This document shows positions 24,771 to 37,563 of a stretch of DNA of 64,000 bases, one piece after another. The translations under genes and the position numbers were made by a program. The DNA comes from Bispira polyomma (lineage: Eukaryota): positions 34,348,001-34,412,000 of the forward strand of contig OZ287756.1 of NCBI GenBank assembly GCA_965649765.1. Direction: 5' to 3'. Each line of letters begins with the position of its first letter. Position 1 is the first letter of the stretch. The notes under the pieces are model-generated. The model searched no databases. It saw only the letters and a list, made by a program, of their open reading frames with translations, and was not told the DNA's origin.

Positions 24771-25259
24771 ACCGAGATTCGAACCCAATGGTATCAGAGA
24801 TGGTAGGCAAGAGTTTTACCTTTACACCACTGAGGGATTACACACAAGACATCAGGACACGCATACAGTGTGATACTACAAGCTTCATGTCTTAACAAGA
24901 TATAATATTTAATTTGTTCAAAGATCTTTAACAAGGTTGACATATCTGTCTTTGAGAGCTTGTAGTCATTTGTCAAAGCTTGTCTCTTCTTTATTATATG
25001 GCCAAGGCTATAGTAGTAGATCAATTTATATATAGAGATCTCTGGTACATACATTGACAGCTGCCCTTGAAAGTGTCAGGTGAAATGGGACCGAAATGGA
25101 CTGAGGGACAATCATCAAAGTCTGCTAAATGTGACGTCACTAGACTGAAGGGTCGAGATTATTGTTATTACTGAATGTATATGATAACATATGACATTCA
25201 AATAAAAGGTATTCTATTATATATGATATAGTACCAGAACAAGCAGGTTACAACATTAC

Positions 25260-25593
25260 AAGGCCTTGCGGTTAGAAGGTCGGACTTTGGATCTGAAAGA
25301 TATTGGGGTCCTGGTTCGATTCTCGCTGCAAGCCTGGAGATTTTACCCTTGGACAAGGTGCTTTACACAAAGTTGTCCCTCTCTACCCAGGTGTATAAAT
25401 GGGTACATGACTGCTAATGGTGTTTGTCTTTGTGAGCTGTATGTGGCAGCCCAACCAGTATGCTTACTGAGGGAGCTGAGACTAAACAATTGGTTGACAA
25501 GTGAAAGAACCCAGGCCGGGGTAATAATGTCAAAGCGCAATAAATAACAGCAATGTTCATAACTGCGCTGTGAATAAATAACTATTTATTATT
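25260..25593 (+). mobile_element. CORE-like tRNA-SINE, family 1, tail A
   Basis: B-box ggttcgattc; core cccttggacaaggtgcttt..cccaggtgtataaatggg; tail aaagcgc..gcgctg..(att)n. Confidence 0.85.
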
Positions 25594-26684
25594 ACAAGTT
25601 CCAGAACACTCCTCTCTCCAAACACACACACACACACACCTAGATACATAACAAATGTAAATAGTGATATTTACATCCGGGTTATTAGCTGTACTGTGAA
25701 CACTACCACACTTACACACACAATTAGGTTTATCTGGCCTATAAAAAATGGCGTCCCTCCCTTCTCAATGTGACCCGTAGATATTGCATCAATCATTTTA
25801 TTGCATCTAGCCGCGAAGGTTCGATAGTGTGTGTGTGTGTGTGTGTCGAGAGTATGAGTAATGGTTTATTTTAGACCAACAACCAGTCACAGCAACATAT
25901 ATATTAGACACGTGGAATACACATAAATCAGCTGTTACTTACTACAGACACATTTATGACCAAAGAGCCCAGAAAGTATGCCAATTAACCTTAGTCAAAG
26001 GTAATACCAAGTATAGAGTGTAAGTTTACATGGTGATTTTATTTCCCATAAATCTCTCTTTATAATTACATAGAAAACGGCGCAAAAAATATATGGCACG
26101 ATGTTTCTTTATTTTAGAAAGGGAAAAGAAAATTAAAATGAAAAAAGTGCCACCTCAGTTTTTGTGTATAGTTTACAATTACACTGTAAAAAAGGGCTTG
26201 CTTGTTTTTCCCTTTTTTTTCCCAGAGGTTATGTTACATAATGCATCATTCATATAGTGTACTGAGAAGTAACTTTGGCGTAGACGCCATGTGTGACTTG
26301 TTTTACTTTGTTATTATTAAAGTTACTGAGAAAAGATTTTATAATATTTATCCAGTGGTGTATATCTATTCTAAGGCTGACTATATATGTATATATCAAT
26401 GATGTTTTGATGCTTTTACAATTTTAAGCTCACCTCACATTCCACTCTATAGTGATGGGCTCTCTTATAGAAACTAATATAGTAAATTCTAAAACTTAAA
26501 GCTAATCCTTCATTTAAGATGATACTAACTTGACATTATAATGGGTTAAATCTTACATTATCAATTTTTGTGAATTTATCAAGATCACCCCACAAATTTG
26601 AAACTTCGGGTTAGTTTTAATAAACTTACAATCGTCCCCAGCTTGAGGATGTAAATAAAAATACTTCTAGATTAACAATTTGAA

Positions 26685-26880
26685 TTAGAATATTTAACGT
26701 CCACTCTAGTACCTATTTAGGTTGTATTGGGACAGGTAGTTCGAAACACTAGAGGAAACACTGCATACAGTTGATCAAGGTTCTGCACTGAAACCAGCGG
26801 CCCACAGTAAACCATCCACCTTTCCCACATTGGCATCGACAGGAGTCGAACCGACGCTAGTCAAACCCAGAGTTGTGGAT
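26685..26880 (-). mobile_element. SINE, family 3 variant
   Basis: tattgggacaggtagt..gaggaaacactgcatacagttgatcaaggttc nearly identical to 46427-46532; reverse B-box ggagtcgaacc. Confidence 0.7.
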
Positions 26881-27157
26881 TAACAAGTATTTACTGAGAA
26901 ATATATGTTTAAATCACACCATTTTTCTATGATATATAATCTTGAACTTGGTCTGGTTCAATTCAAGGTCACACTGGTACTGAGGATTTAGCAGATGAGA
27001 TAATGTCCACTCTATAGTTTGCAGCAGTATATAAGGCTCCCTTGCAGTTTAGGCTAGTCCTACAAACATAGCCTGGGTCGTTGTCAGTGTGTTGACATTT
27101 TTACCCTAAGGATCCTATCCCACCAATGAACCTAGCAGCACTGGTACGAGACAAACT

Positions 27158-27275
27158 GGGACCTTCTGATCACCAGACCAACTCCCCTAACCTAAAGTTC
27201 AACCCAAGTGACCTTCTGATCACCAGACCAACTCCCTAACCTAGAGGACAACCCAGGGACCTTCTGATGACCAGA
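27158..27275. repeat. Short tandem repeat, about 49-bp unit, 2.5 copies
   Basis: gaccttctgatcaccagaccaactccc(c)taaccta repeated. Confidence 0.75.
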
Positions 27276-27329
27276 GGGGAGAGGGGGGCTCGAATGCAGC
27301 AGTGTGAGGCTGTTGGGTTGTTAATGGAA

Positions 27330-28270
27330 TTCTAAAAGGGGGTCCTTGGTTTTACCACAATCATGCCAAGTGTAACAATAATAAAATGCATATAAATACA
27401 TGAGTTTGAGGTTATACAGGTTGATGTTCTCATTCCTATAACATCTTGTAGGTCACATAGTGATGGCTACATTATTCTATGGAAAATACCTAATATGTAA
27501 ACGTCCACTTTTACTGATAAATAGCGGTTCTTTCGTGAACTGTTCCAGTGTGATGAGGTACTGTACAAGGAATATATGTACACATTGTAGATGTGACGAC
27601 AATGCTCAGCAAGTGTGCTTTTATAAGGTCAGTAAGAAAAATCTATAGTTCTAGGCATCTAGTTGCTGTTTATATCTGAGCCATAAGGCTTTGGCCTTTT
27701 AGCTCATACGCGGCGAACGTTTATAGGACTACAATGCAGTGGCTTACATGGTGGAAATGCTGGGTATGAATCTCCAACTCTGCCCAAGCCAAGTGAGTTG
27801 TTTATTTGAGGTAGAGGTTTAGAGAGCCAGGGACAGGGACAGCTTTACTTTTAATAGGTGGCATGTACTGTACATGGAATCTGTGTACATATTTTAGGTG
27901 TGAATAGAATAATCTATATGTAAGATCAGTGAGGAGCATCAATACCTCTAGGCATGTGTTTATCAAGGCTACATCAGACAGAACCACTGACTAAGTCTGG
28001 CCAGTTCGGCACAACTTCTGTTAAACTTGTGTTAATTCTGTATAGCTTTGGTATGACTCCTTAGACGCTTCTTAAACTTTTCTTGGTCAGCTTGGTGAAA
28101 GAAACAAATTTTAAGCCATCCAGTAGTTGGCAGAATTTAAACCAAGTTGTCATGAGTTGTGCAGACACGCAAATTATCAAAACATGATACTATACACATG
28201 CTAAATAAGCAAACTTTCCCCAGGGATTTATAACGGCAGAGTATATATTCAGGGCAGAATATAACTGTCT
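27330..28270 (-). mobile_element. Highly decayed CR1/L2-group LINE 3' fragment (tentative)
   Basis: Broken minus-strand peptides (RLFYSHLK.., YIYSLYSTSSHWNS) resemble the C-terminal part of CR1-group ORF2; many stops and frameshifts. Confidence 0.3.
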
Positions 28271-29665
28271 TGTTTTTTTTACCTGAGATCAATTTGAGCT
28301 ATATTCAGTAATTTTATTCTGGCCAAAAAGTTCATTTACACTTAAATATGGGTTTCAGAACGTGGCACTCACGTCAATGTATGTGTCGTGACCACATAGG
28401 AGTTCTTTGTGCTCGATTAAATAGCCTTGATTGGGGCTCAAAGTAGTCAGCACGTTTTGCATGGTTTAGAACTAATTCAAATTTACACCAAATTCAAAAA
28501 TTATAAAGAAAACATTGTGTGTTCACGCAAGTGTGCATTCACATAACTAGAATTAACTAAGATTTGATTTAATTTATCCTTAGGTTTAAAAATTATTATT
28601 ATAAATTATGTCGGGCAATCTATTGATGGGCATTTGGTCAAAGTTTTCAGACATGCAAAACATGCCTACTTTTTCACTTACTTGACAGGACACAATGTTC
28701 AACTTCCACCCAATTGCTACCCCGACTACAGAGGTGGAAGGCATTAAACACATTAGACACATATTGCAGTAATATTCATTACATATAAACCAGTCAAACA
28801 AGTAGTTTCAATTCTTGTCTCCTCAATTTAGACAACTCAATAATGTGTATGATTACATAGGATGCATGGCTGGCATTCTCCCAGACAAATTAGAGCACAA
28901 ACTCCCACTCAACTCAAGTGAAGGCATTGTGTAATTCTTTTTTAGTGAAATGACCTGTGCTTGTGATCATTTATTTTAATACAGCATTCACTACTGAATT
29001 TAAATATATACTTATATTTTACTTATCTCACTCTTAGCTAGACTTTTATTGAGCTTGACTGATTATGTGGAGATTTTTTTTTTTTTTTTTTAGATTTTTT
29101 GGTTGAGAATATTGCCCCCCAAAACCGTAGGAAAGGCTAGATCCTTCAATGTAGTTTATGGTTGTATAGGAAGGGTCACCCATGGCAGATTTTTGTTATG
29201 GGATTGATATAATATCCTATGGCTATCCAGCGACAGTGATTCTGTCAATATTATGGATCCTTGGGACAGAAAGTACAGCATAATAATGACATAGACCCAA
29301 AGTGTGCACCAATTACTTTCTATTGTGATGGAAGATGACAATAATCCACACTGTTTTGGCGACTCCAATACACAAATCTTTGGCATTGTTTCTGTTTGGG
29401 GTTATAGTACTACCAAACAATTATTGGGACTTGACTTCTGTCAACAAATATAAACTGACCAGATCAATTGGTATGGCGTCATTGGCATTAATTAGGTAGA
29501 AAGTGGGTCGCAGTTGAAATTTATATTATCCCATTGTTGCTTTGTTGGTACAAAATAACCATGATTTTGTAGAGCAGAACAGGTCATAGTATTATCACCC
29601 CAGCCTTAATGATTAACAGCTCAATGGCCTGATAGCCTGACATGCTCATAATTATTATTATTATT

Positions 29666-29940
29666 CAGAGCTTTCTCCATAGCAGCGCCCATGGTATGGA
29701 ACAGTCTCTCAGTTCAGATCACTGGAAACATTTATTAGTTTTAGGAAAAAACTTAAACCCCATCTTTTCAACCTCGCTTATCCCCCCTAATTTTATCATG
29801 TACACCTCCACATCCTTCCTTACGACCTGGCTATGTTTATGGACTACACAATTGCTTAACTGATTCCATTGATGCACTTTTGAAGATGCCTATCATCAAT
29901 AGAGCACGTTGAAATATATAATAACAATAATTATTATTAG
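29666..29940 (+). mobile_element. L2-type LINE 3' end fragment
   Basis: RAFSIAAPMVWNSL...LFNLAYPP*, then 3' UTR and (att)n tail. Confidence 0.75.
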
Positions 29941-30189
29941 TTACTCGGCTGAGAGTTTGCTAACTTTGTATTTATTTATACTTTAAGCTAACTTCAGAAC
30001 TATTGAAATTTCTATAAAAAAATGAGTATCAAATTATGATATATTGTCATCTAAAGTCTAAAACTTAAGTTACCTAATGACATTTTAAATCCGGAAAACA
30101 CTTACTTTTTACTGCCTCTGGTGTGGTCTAAATAACCCTAAAAAATTACCATTATGATATTTCTTGTTTAATGCTTACAGTTTTACTGT

Positions 30190-31960
30190 GTATGATGAGA
30201 TTGCACTTTTACCACATTGGATGGATGTAGAGGCAGCATGCATGGCACAGTAGAACTACTGGTTCTATCTGTGCTACACGCAATATGGCAGGAGAACATG
30301 GATGAGTGTCTGGGTAAGAAGAAGGTGTCTGATATTTATTGCATGCATAAGCAGTGTGAGACATTGTAGGTCGAGTTGGAGCTGGAGGACATGGCAGCTT
30401 TCTGGGAATTTAAAGTAAGTATGTTTAAAGATAATGTTAAGAACCAATAATATAATAATATAGTGTAATAGTCCATATCTAGGTTCACTTTGGCTCTTTC
30501 TCCATTTAGTATTCCGTCTGGGGTAACTAGGCAGGCAGGCAGACCGGCAGGCTACTGAACTGTGGATGCAGTCTTCCGTTCGAGGAGATGAATGGGACAT
30601 CTTGTAGTCGCACCGACGTTGAAAGTATGCTTCCTGGCGGGGGGGGGGGGGGGGGGGGATCTTTTGACAGAGGCTACATTTCAAAAGACTTTTCAAGTTC
30701 TAGAAGTATTATTTAAATTAATTATATTTACAAGTAATGTTACATTACATTACCTGTCTTTTATTTTTACATTTAGGGTTAGATGATATTAAATTAGAAA
30801 CAGGGGGGGTGTTTGGCTTTGGCGGGGGGGGGGGGGGTGGCTTGGCTCTCATCTTGCCTTTTGATCTTTTGACAGATGCTCATGCTGGAGGGGGGGGGGG
30901 GGGTGGCTCTCTTCTTGCATTTTGACCTTTTGACAGAGTCTCATGCTGGAGGGGGGATTGGCTCTCTTCTTGCCTTTTGACCTTTTGACAGATGCTCATG
31001 CTGGAGGGGGGGGGGGGGGTTGGCTCTCTTCTTGCCTTTTGACAGAGTCTCATGCTGGAGAAGGGGGTCTTGGCTCTCTTTTTGGCTTTTGACAGAGGCT
31101 CATGCTAGAGGATGGGGGGAGGGGGGGGTCTTGGCTCTATTTTTGCCTTTGGACCTTTTGACAGAGTCTCATGCTGGAGACTATTGATATCATTGTCTCC
31201 AGGACATGTAATGTTGGGTCTCTTCGGACTAACTTTGAATAGTAATTACTACATTTCGAAAGAGTTTTCAAGTTCTAGAAGTATAATTTAAATTAATTAT
31301 ATTTACAATTAATGTTAGATTACTTTACCTGCTGTCTTTTATTTTTACATTTAGGGTTAGATGATATTACATTAAATTAGGAACAAACTTGCATATCAAG
31401 TCAATATCAACTGAAAAAGGTTTAGATCTGAAAAGCTCGATGTGGCGGGTGATGTTCACCTTTAAGAAGTCAAATTTGGCAAGGATCCATCAGTCTCGCT
31501 CTGTCAACTTCTTGGCCACCACTCCAGCAACTGGCTTGGTGAGCTTGCCATAGTGTGTTCTTATTGACCTCCACAACACGTTCAGAGTAGTCACTGTCAC
31601 ACCAAGAGTTACATCTTTTTCTTCTTCTTGGTGTCTTTGTAATTTATGAGACCCATTCTTTAGAACATTGAGTTCTCTTTCAGGAATTCACTCAGCATGT
31701 CCTCTGCCTCATTCCTAAAGGTGACATGGACCTTGAGTCTCCTCTCGCCTTTTGACAGAGGCTCACCCTAGAGACGCTTTAGATCACTGTCTCCGGGGCA
31801 TGTCATGTTGGGTCTCTTCAGACTGACCTTCAAACTTCTCATCTTCTCCTGGTTGGGTGTAAAACAGGCTGCTGTGTCTCGGGTACAGTGTGTCCACATT
31901 CTCAACCTCCAGTGTTCTTTTTCCATCCATGGATAACCAAACTCCTATCACCTCACCTAT
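30190..31960. mobile_element. Decayed, internally rearranged PIF/Harbinger transposon
   Basis: Plus strand about 30280-30415: RRTWMSVWVRRR..QCETL*VELELEDMAAFWEF, like a Harbinger transposase N-terminus. Minus strand about 31440-31760: EAEDMLSEFLKENS..NYKDTKKK..LWRSIRTHYGKLTK..AKKLTERD*WILAKFDFLK, a MADF/Myb-SANT ORF2. The two are convergent; TIRs not located. Confidence 0.7.
30635..31185. repeat. G-run minisatellite inside the Harbinger relic
   Basis: Unit of about 45-65 bp: ttttgacagagtctcatgctgga-G(n)-ttggctctcttcttgcc, with variable G tracts up to about 20 nt. Confidence 0.85.
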
Positions 31961-32675
31961 ATATATTTATTTATATAAAGTGAAAATTTCTAGTTCTAAT
32001 CGTTGTGGACTTGTGTAATCAGTATCCAGAAAGCATTCTGTATTTTATTTCTTCGATGTAAATATATCAATGATTTATGGGAAACATAGAACAATAGATC
32101 TATAATAAGTTAAACATTAATATTGGCTTTACTGATATCTTAAAAGTTCTCGGTTATTGTACACTTGACCACAAATTTTTGGCCAACAAACCTTAACCTT
32201 AATGCTACCAGATTCTATATATATATTTAAATTTAAACATATACCATCTTCAAAAGAAAGTAACCAGAAAAGTAGCCAGAACAAGAGTGTTTGCCAAAAA
32301 AAAACAGAATAAATTAATTTTCTTTGATATTTATAAAAGGTATACATTTTCATTAAACTGATAGTTTATTATAAATGTTTTTGTTTATTATCTTCAATCA
32401 TTCTTGTATGCATGAATTCTCTTGTTATTGTATACACAGTATATTCATACATTACAATTTTGAATGTATAATAATGATGCTTGTTTTTCAAATAATTTTT
32501 TAAACCATGTGTTTGTTAAACCAAAAATAATTTAAAATTTTTAAAAAAAAAACCAAACTCCCCTTAGCTTGGCATGTACTTTGTTATCATACTCTGACCA
32601 TGTGACATTACAAAATACCGGGCTATGGAGGTCATCACCAGTCTGAACCAACCTTCAAAAAAACTTTAGGCTTCA

Positions 32676-32870
32676 GGGGCCGTATTCACAAAAGGTCTTA
32701 GACGTAGCCAAAACTTAGGCTAAGTCCAGTCTTAAATCTAAGACTTTTGTCTCAGCTAAGTTTTGGGCTTAAATGGTATTCACGAAAGAAGCTTAGCTAA
32801 GACCATGCTAAGACGAAAGTATTAACATTAAGTCTAAGTCCAGGCTAAGCCCTTTTATGAATAAAGGCTT
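32676..32870. mobile_element. MITE with CAG target duplication (923-1375 type)
   Basis: cag-gggccgtattcacaaaagg ... ccttttatgaataaaggctt-cag; internal ctaag/cttag repeats. Confidence 0.7.
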
Positions 32871-34472
32871 CAGTGGGGCCTCCCTGCATCCATTCTCTTT
32901 TCTTTCTTGTTTGGCTAATTGGGGCTTTAAAAATTCTACATTTACAAATTTTCAAACAATTATATAAAATATTTTACTGTATTTTAATGAAAATATATGA
33001 CTAACGTGTAAAGTAAACACCTCAAACATATCTTTATCCACCACTGTGTTATAGATATACAAACTCTCTACAAACCTCTGTCTTACCTTAGTATACAAAT
33101 TGATCTCTTATACTTGCATTTCAATGGTTGGACTGTAAACTACATTCTAACTACATTTGGCCTTTTGTATGTATGGTGAAATAGTAAAGGATAGGACTTA
33201 TCAAGTTCGGGCCTGTTCATTTTTGCACTTATTTCCAATCTATAAATACGTCGCCTAATCGTTGCTGAGACTTGCCATAATTGGTTAAATGGCCATAAAC
33301 AATAACACACCCATTGATAAAGTTATATTTGACAGCTGATTATAAAGGGAAATGTTTTATTACTTTCCTCCATTGTTAGTACTACTCTAATGAATTATCT
33401 TTAGATCTAGAAGGGCCCTAAGTAGAATGCATATCTCTGCCAAGGTGCAACAGTGGCCAAAATTAAAACAAAATCATCGATACACTCTTTTTAGTCATAT
33501 TAGCTTCTAGGGATTCTTCTTTTCCCGAAAACCCTATCCCACAAACCAAACTTCATGTCAATCAGTTAGTTGTTTCTCATGTAAGACAGTGGCCTAGTGC
33601 ACAAATGAACTAACAGGCATGGGAAAAACCATGGCCTCTTGGGGTCAAAAAATAATTTTGTAGTTACATTTATATGCATAATTTAGTCATTTTTTTTACT
33701 ATAAAACAAATTATGTCATTTACTAGTTATAATACAAACCGAAGGAAAAATTCAATGTTTTTTCCATAGACTTTCACACTGGATTGATTTTAATTATTTT
33801 AAGAAGGTAAAATAGAACATACATCAAAGGTAAAGAATAGCTTATTTCCTTCGATGGTTTAATGGCATTTTTATTTCTTTTAGAAAACGGATTTGGATTG
33901 GATTTAAATCCATTAGAAACTGAAAGGATTTGTATCTGAACATTTAAAAAGATTTAAAGATTTGACCCCCAAACTCTGAATCTGAGAAAAATATGTAAGT
34001 AATATACTATGTGAACATGGACACAGGTGAAAACTTGATCTGGAGTAATAAAATTTGACCCTCAAACTGAGACAATCCCATCTCACATTCTATATTTACC
34101 TCTGACAGATGCTTTATTGGAGGTTAATAGGTGGAACATTAATTCGCTTGGCAATATGTCTGGACTAGTCTCGAATATCCTTCTTCCCTTATAAGGGCTC
34201 AAGTGAGCCTTGTTTTAAGCTCTGGTTTTCTGTGTAATAATGACTGTCAATTTTTTTTTTAGTTTTTATTTTGCCTGTACACCTGTGTTCGTATTATCGA
34301 AAGATCTCCACCTCAAATCAGACTCAAAACTAAATTCAACATCATATCTCTGTATAGAGTGAAGTAAAATCGAATCTAAATGTATATTTGAACTCAACTT
34401 TATTAAAAATAAATGGTCACAACTAAATATTATCCCCATGTACAAGGACTTCCACATAACCTTAATTTGTGT

Positions 34473-34824
34473 GGTCTCTGTGGCGTTAGAGTGTCAGACT
34501 TAGGATCTGAGGGATCTGACGGTCCAGGTTCTATGGTCACTGCAGGCCTAGAGATTGTACCATTTGGACAAGGTGCTTTACGCAAAGTTGTGTCCCTCTT
34601 TACCTAGGTGTATAAATGGGTACCTGGCTGCTAATAGGTGTTAGTCTTTGTGTGCCGTATGTGTGGCAGCACGACTAGTAGGCTTCCTGAGGGAGCAGAG
34701 ACTGAACAATTGGTTGACAAAAGTGGAGAACCCAGGCTGGCGGTGTAAACTATAAAGTCGGCTGAGATCTCAATAGAGGTGATATGAGACGATGAACCTA
34801 CACACATTTACATTTACACACATT
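34473..34824 (+). mobile_element. CORE-like tRNA-SINE, family 1, tail B
   Basis: Full head-core-tail ending in (acattt)n. Confidence 0.88.
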
Positions 34825-35269
34825 TGAGTTGAATCTGAGTTTAAACTTGAGTTTATTTCGAGAGTACAGCCCTGGATAACATACTGTGCTTTAATAATTC
34901 TAACACAGATATCTGTTGTAAGCAGGTCTGGAGTCTATTCCTGATAAGGAGAGGTCATTTAACTTATAACACAAACTCTTTTGGTTCTTTGGCGGGTTCA
35001 AAATAATTAAAGTTGCAGCACCTGCTGGATGTAATTGTTGCTCTGTCAATCTTTACATTGAGACAAGGATTGCAGGTTTCACGAAAAAGCCTTAAACACA
35101 TCTGTATCAACTTGCTTTTTCCGTCTTAGCATTTGTCTGCTAGTTACGACTGAACTCTGATCACAAACCTTTCCTATTATTCCTATTCTTTTGCATATTA
35201 ACTGGTATGTCTGCCATAGAGCATGCCTGGGTCATTGATTATGGCACAAAAGAATTAAAACATTAACAT

Positions 35270-35560
35270 TGTACCAGACCCACCAGAAGTACTTGATCTA
35301 GGGCTTTCTCAATGGCTGCAACCGTGTGATGGAACAACCTCCCAGTTGAGATTATAGATCACGAACACTTCTTGAGGTTTTGAAGAAAATTTAACACTTT
35401 CAACCTGAAGAGAAATCTATCGCTGCTAACCGACAACATAGGGGTCATAAGGGTTAAGTCTCCTCTTTTTTAAACTTTCTTATTCCACCCTAGATTGCTG
35501 CGTCGTCATGGGTTACATCTTTCCGTACGACCTGACTATGTTTTTCTATGACTCTTCCTT
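35270..35560 (+). mobile_element. L2-type LINE 3' fragment
   Basis: SRAFSMAATV*WNNLP and ..YSTL/tattccaccctag stop region; UTR tacgacctg(a/g)ctatgttt shared with the 29666 copy. Confidence 0.55.
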
Positions 35561-36814
35561 TATTATTTAATTTTGATGTTGTGTGATTGAGAAAGCACCA
35601 CAACAAAAGTTTATATGTGGCATTAAAAACTCTTTATAAAATTAAATAGTCACAAGTCTAGGTTATTTTCATGTAGAATTTACAGGAGTTACATATAGCC
35701 TTCATTTCAGTTAAGTCTGAGTTTGAATTTGTTTTGTAATTATTTGAGTTTCAATAATTATCTAATTACTTCTCATAACATATATTGAGGTATCAATGTA
35801 AGTTAAATATGTATAGTTCTACTATACAATTTAGAAACCATTTTTTTTTTTTTTTTTTTTTTTGGTAGTAGTAAAACAAATTTCTAAAAACCATGACACT
35901 GCAAAGTCTGTTCTGGGTTTTATACTAATCCCTCATGTCAATAACTGTGTACATTGTATATATAAAACAAGTGAGGCTGCAATACAGGGGTTTCTTTCAT
36001 TCATATGTTGCAATGCAATAGTACTCATGCATCATAAATATACTACTTCTACACCAAAAAGGGGCATCTGAGTTCATGAATAAATAAATAGAATACATCC
36101 ATAGATACATTGCAGAGTAAAACTCTAGTTTGGATTTTAACGCACATGTTTTGTCAGAAAGTTTCATTTGTTAGCAGGCGCAGCCTGATATTATTTTCAT
36201 TCTTAAGAAGGGCACCGCTATATTTAAAAAGGGCGTTGCCTTCTTAGAAATAATAAGTAGGGCCATCATGGATTGGTTGGAAGCAATCAACCTTTCCAAA
36301 ACTGAGGATGGTTAGATTAATATTTGTGCCAAGCAGGCCTGTGTAAATAGTGGCCATTCCAACGGTAGTGTATTTCACATTGTGCAGCTGAGTCTTTTTA
36401 AAAGACAACTCTTGTTTTGGAACTAATTCAAAATGTTAATATTTTTATTTCACCATGATAATGTACATGTATTGGTAATTTAGGCAAAATTATCCCTGTC
36501 AAATTATACATTTACTTGAATATATTTTTATGAGTTTTAGAAGATTATCCAAATTTATAAGGTCTGCTACTATATCTCTACTGATAGTATTTTGTGTTTG
36601 CTTCCATACACTGTGTAATTAGTAGACATTTTAGCTGTAAGATGATTATACTAACTTACTAGAGTTTTTTTTTTAATCACTGGAATTAATTCATCTTTAA
36701 CATCAACATATCGTTTTTTTTTATTTTCACTGTCAAATCTCATTAAGGTTAAATAAGTAAAATTATTTGCTTGTGAAAATTTCTACTTCAGCAGTATTTG
36801 AATTTCCATTCTTA

Positions 36815-37131
36815 GTGTATGTACACATGTAAGGGGCCTCCGATATCAGACGTCAGACTTGCGAAGTGAGATTTCCCGTCCCCCCCTCCCCCCTCCCCAT
36901 ACACACACGCCTCCCCTTATATGAAAGCTATTGGGCTATCTGCGATTTTACATTCTCATCCGATTTTTTCGGTCCTGGAGCGAAAAAATCGCATTCGGGA
37001 GCCGCAAATCGTGAGTTGCAATTCACAGTCTGATACATGTGAACAAATAAACAAATTATATGAGGAGAGAAAAAATCGCAGCCGCAAATCGGACGTCTGA
37101 TGTCGCAAGCCGCTTACATGTGTACATACAC
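36815..37131. mobile_element. PIF/Harbinger-type MITE (same family as 1032-1336)
   Basis: TIRs gtgtatgtacacatgtaag / cttacatgtgtacatacac; TTA duplication. Confidence 0.85.
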
Positions 37132-37172
37132 TTACTGGTGTAAATAATCGCACCAGAGTTGTCTTCTTATTG

Positions 37173-37563
37173 CCTTCTGTGGCGTAGTGGTTAGAGTGTC
37201 AGACTTTGGTCCAGGTTCTATCCCTGCTCCAAGGTACTATACATAAAGTTGTCCATCTCCACCTAGGTGTATAAATGAGTACCAGGCCGTTAATGAATGT
37301 TAGTCAGTGCGCCATTTGGTGCTTTACTCAAAGTTGTGTCCCTCTCTATCTTGTTGTATAAATGAGTACCTGGCCGTTAATAAATGTTAGTCTTTGTGCG
37401 CCATTGGTGGCAGCACAGCTAGTATGCTTCCTAAGAAAGCTGAGACTGAACAATTGGTTGACAAAAGTGGAAGAACCCAAGCTGACGAGGTAAATTGTAA
37501 AGTCGGCTGAGACCTCAATAGAGGTGATATCAGACTATAAACCTACACACATTTACATTTACA
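37173..37563 (+). mobile_element. CORE-like tRNA-SINE, family 1, tail B, with duplicated core
   Basis: aaagttgt..tgtataaatgagtacc..gttagtc..tgcgccatt present twice in tandem (about 37235-37320 and 37320-37410). Confidence 0.85.

Noticed and set aside
25735-25765. TATAAAA plus YY1-like aaaatggcg as a second promoter
   Set aside because: No supported downstream exon structure; short motifs alone are insufficient.
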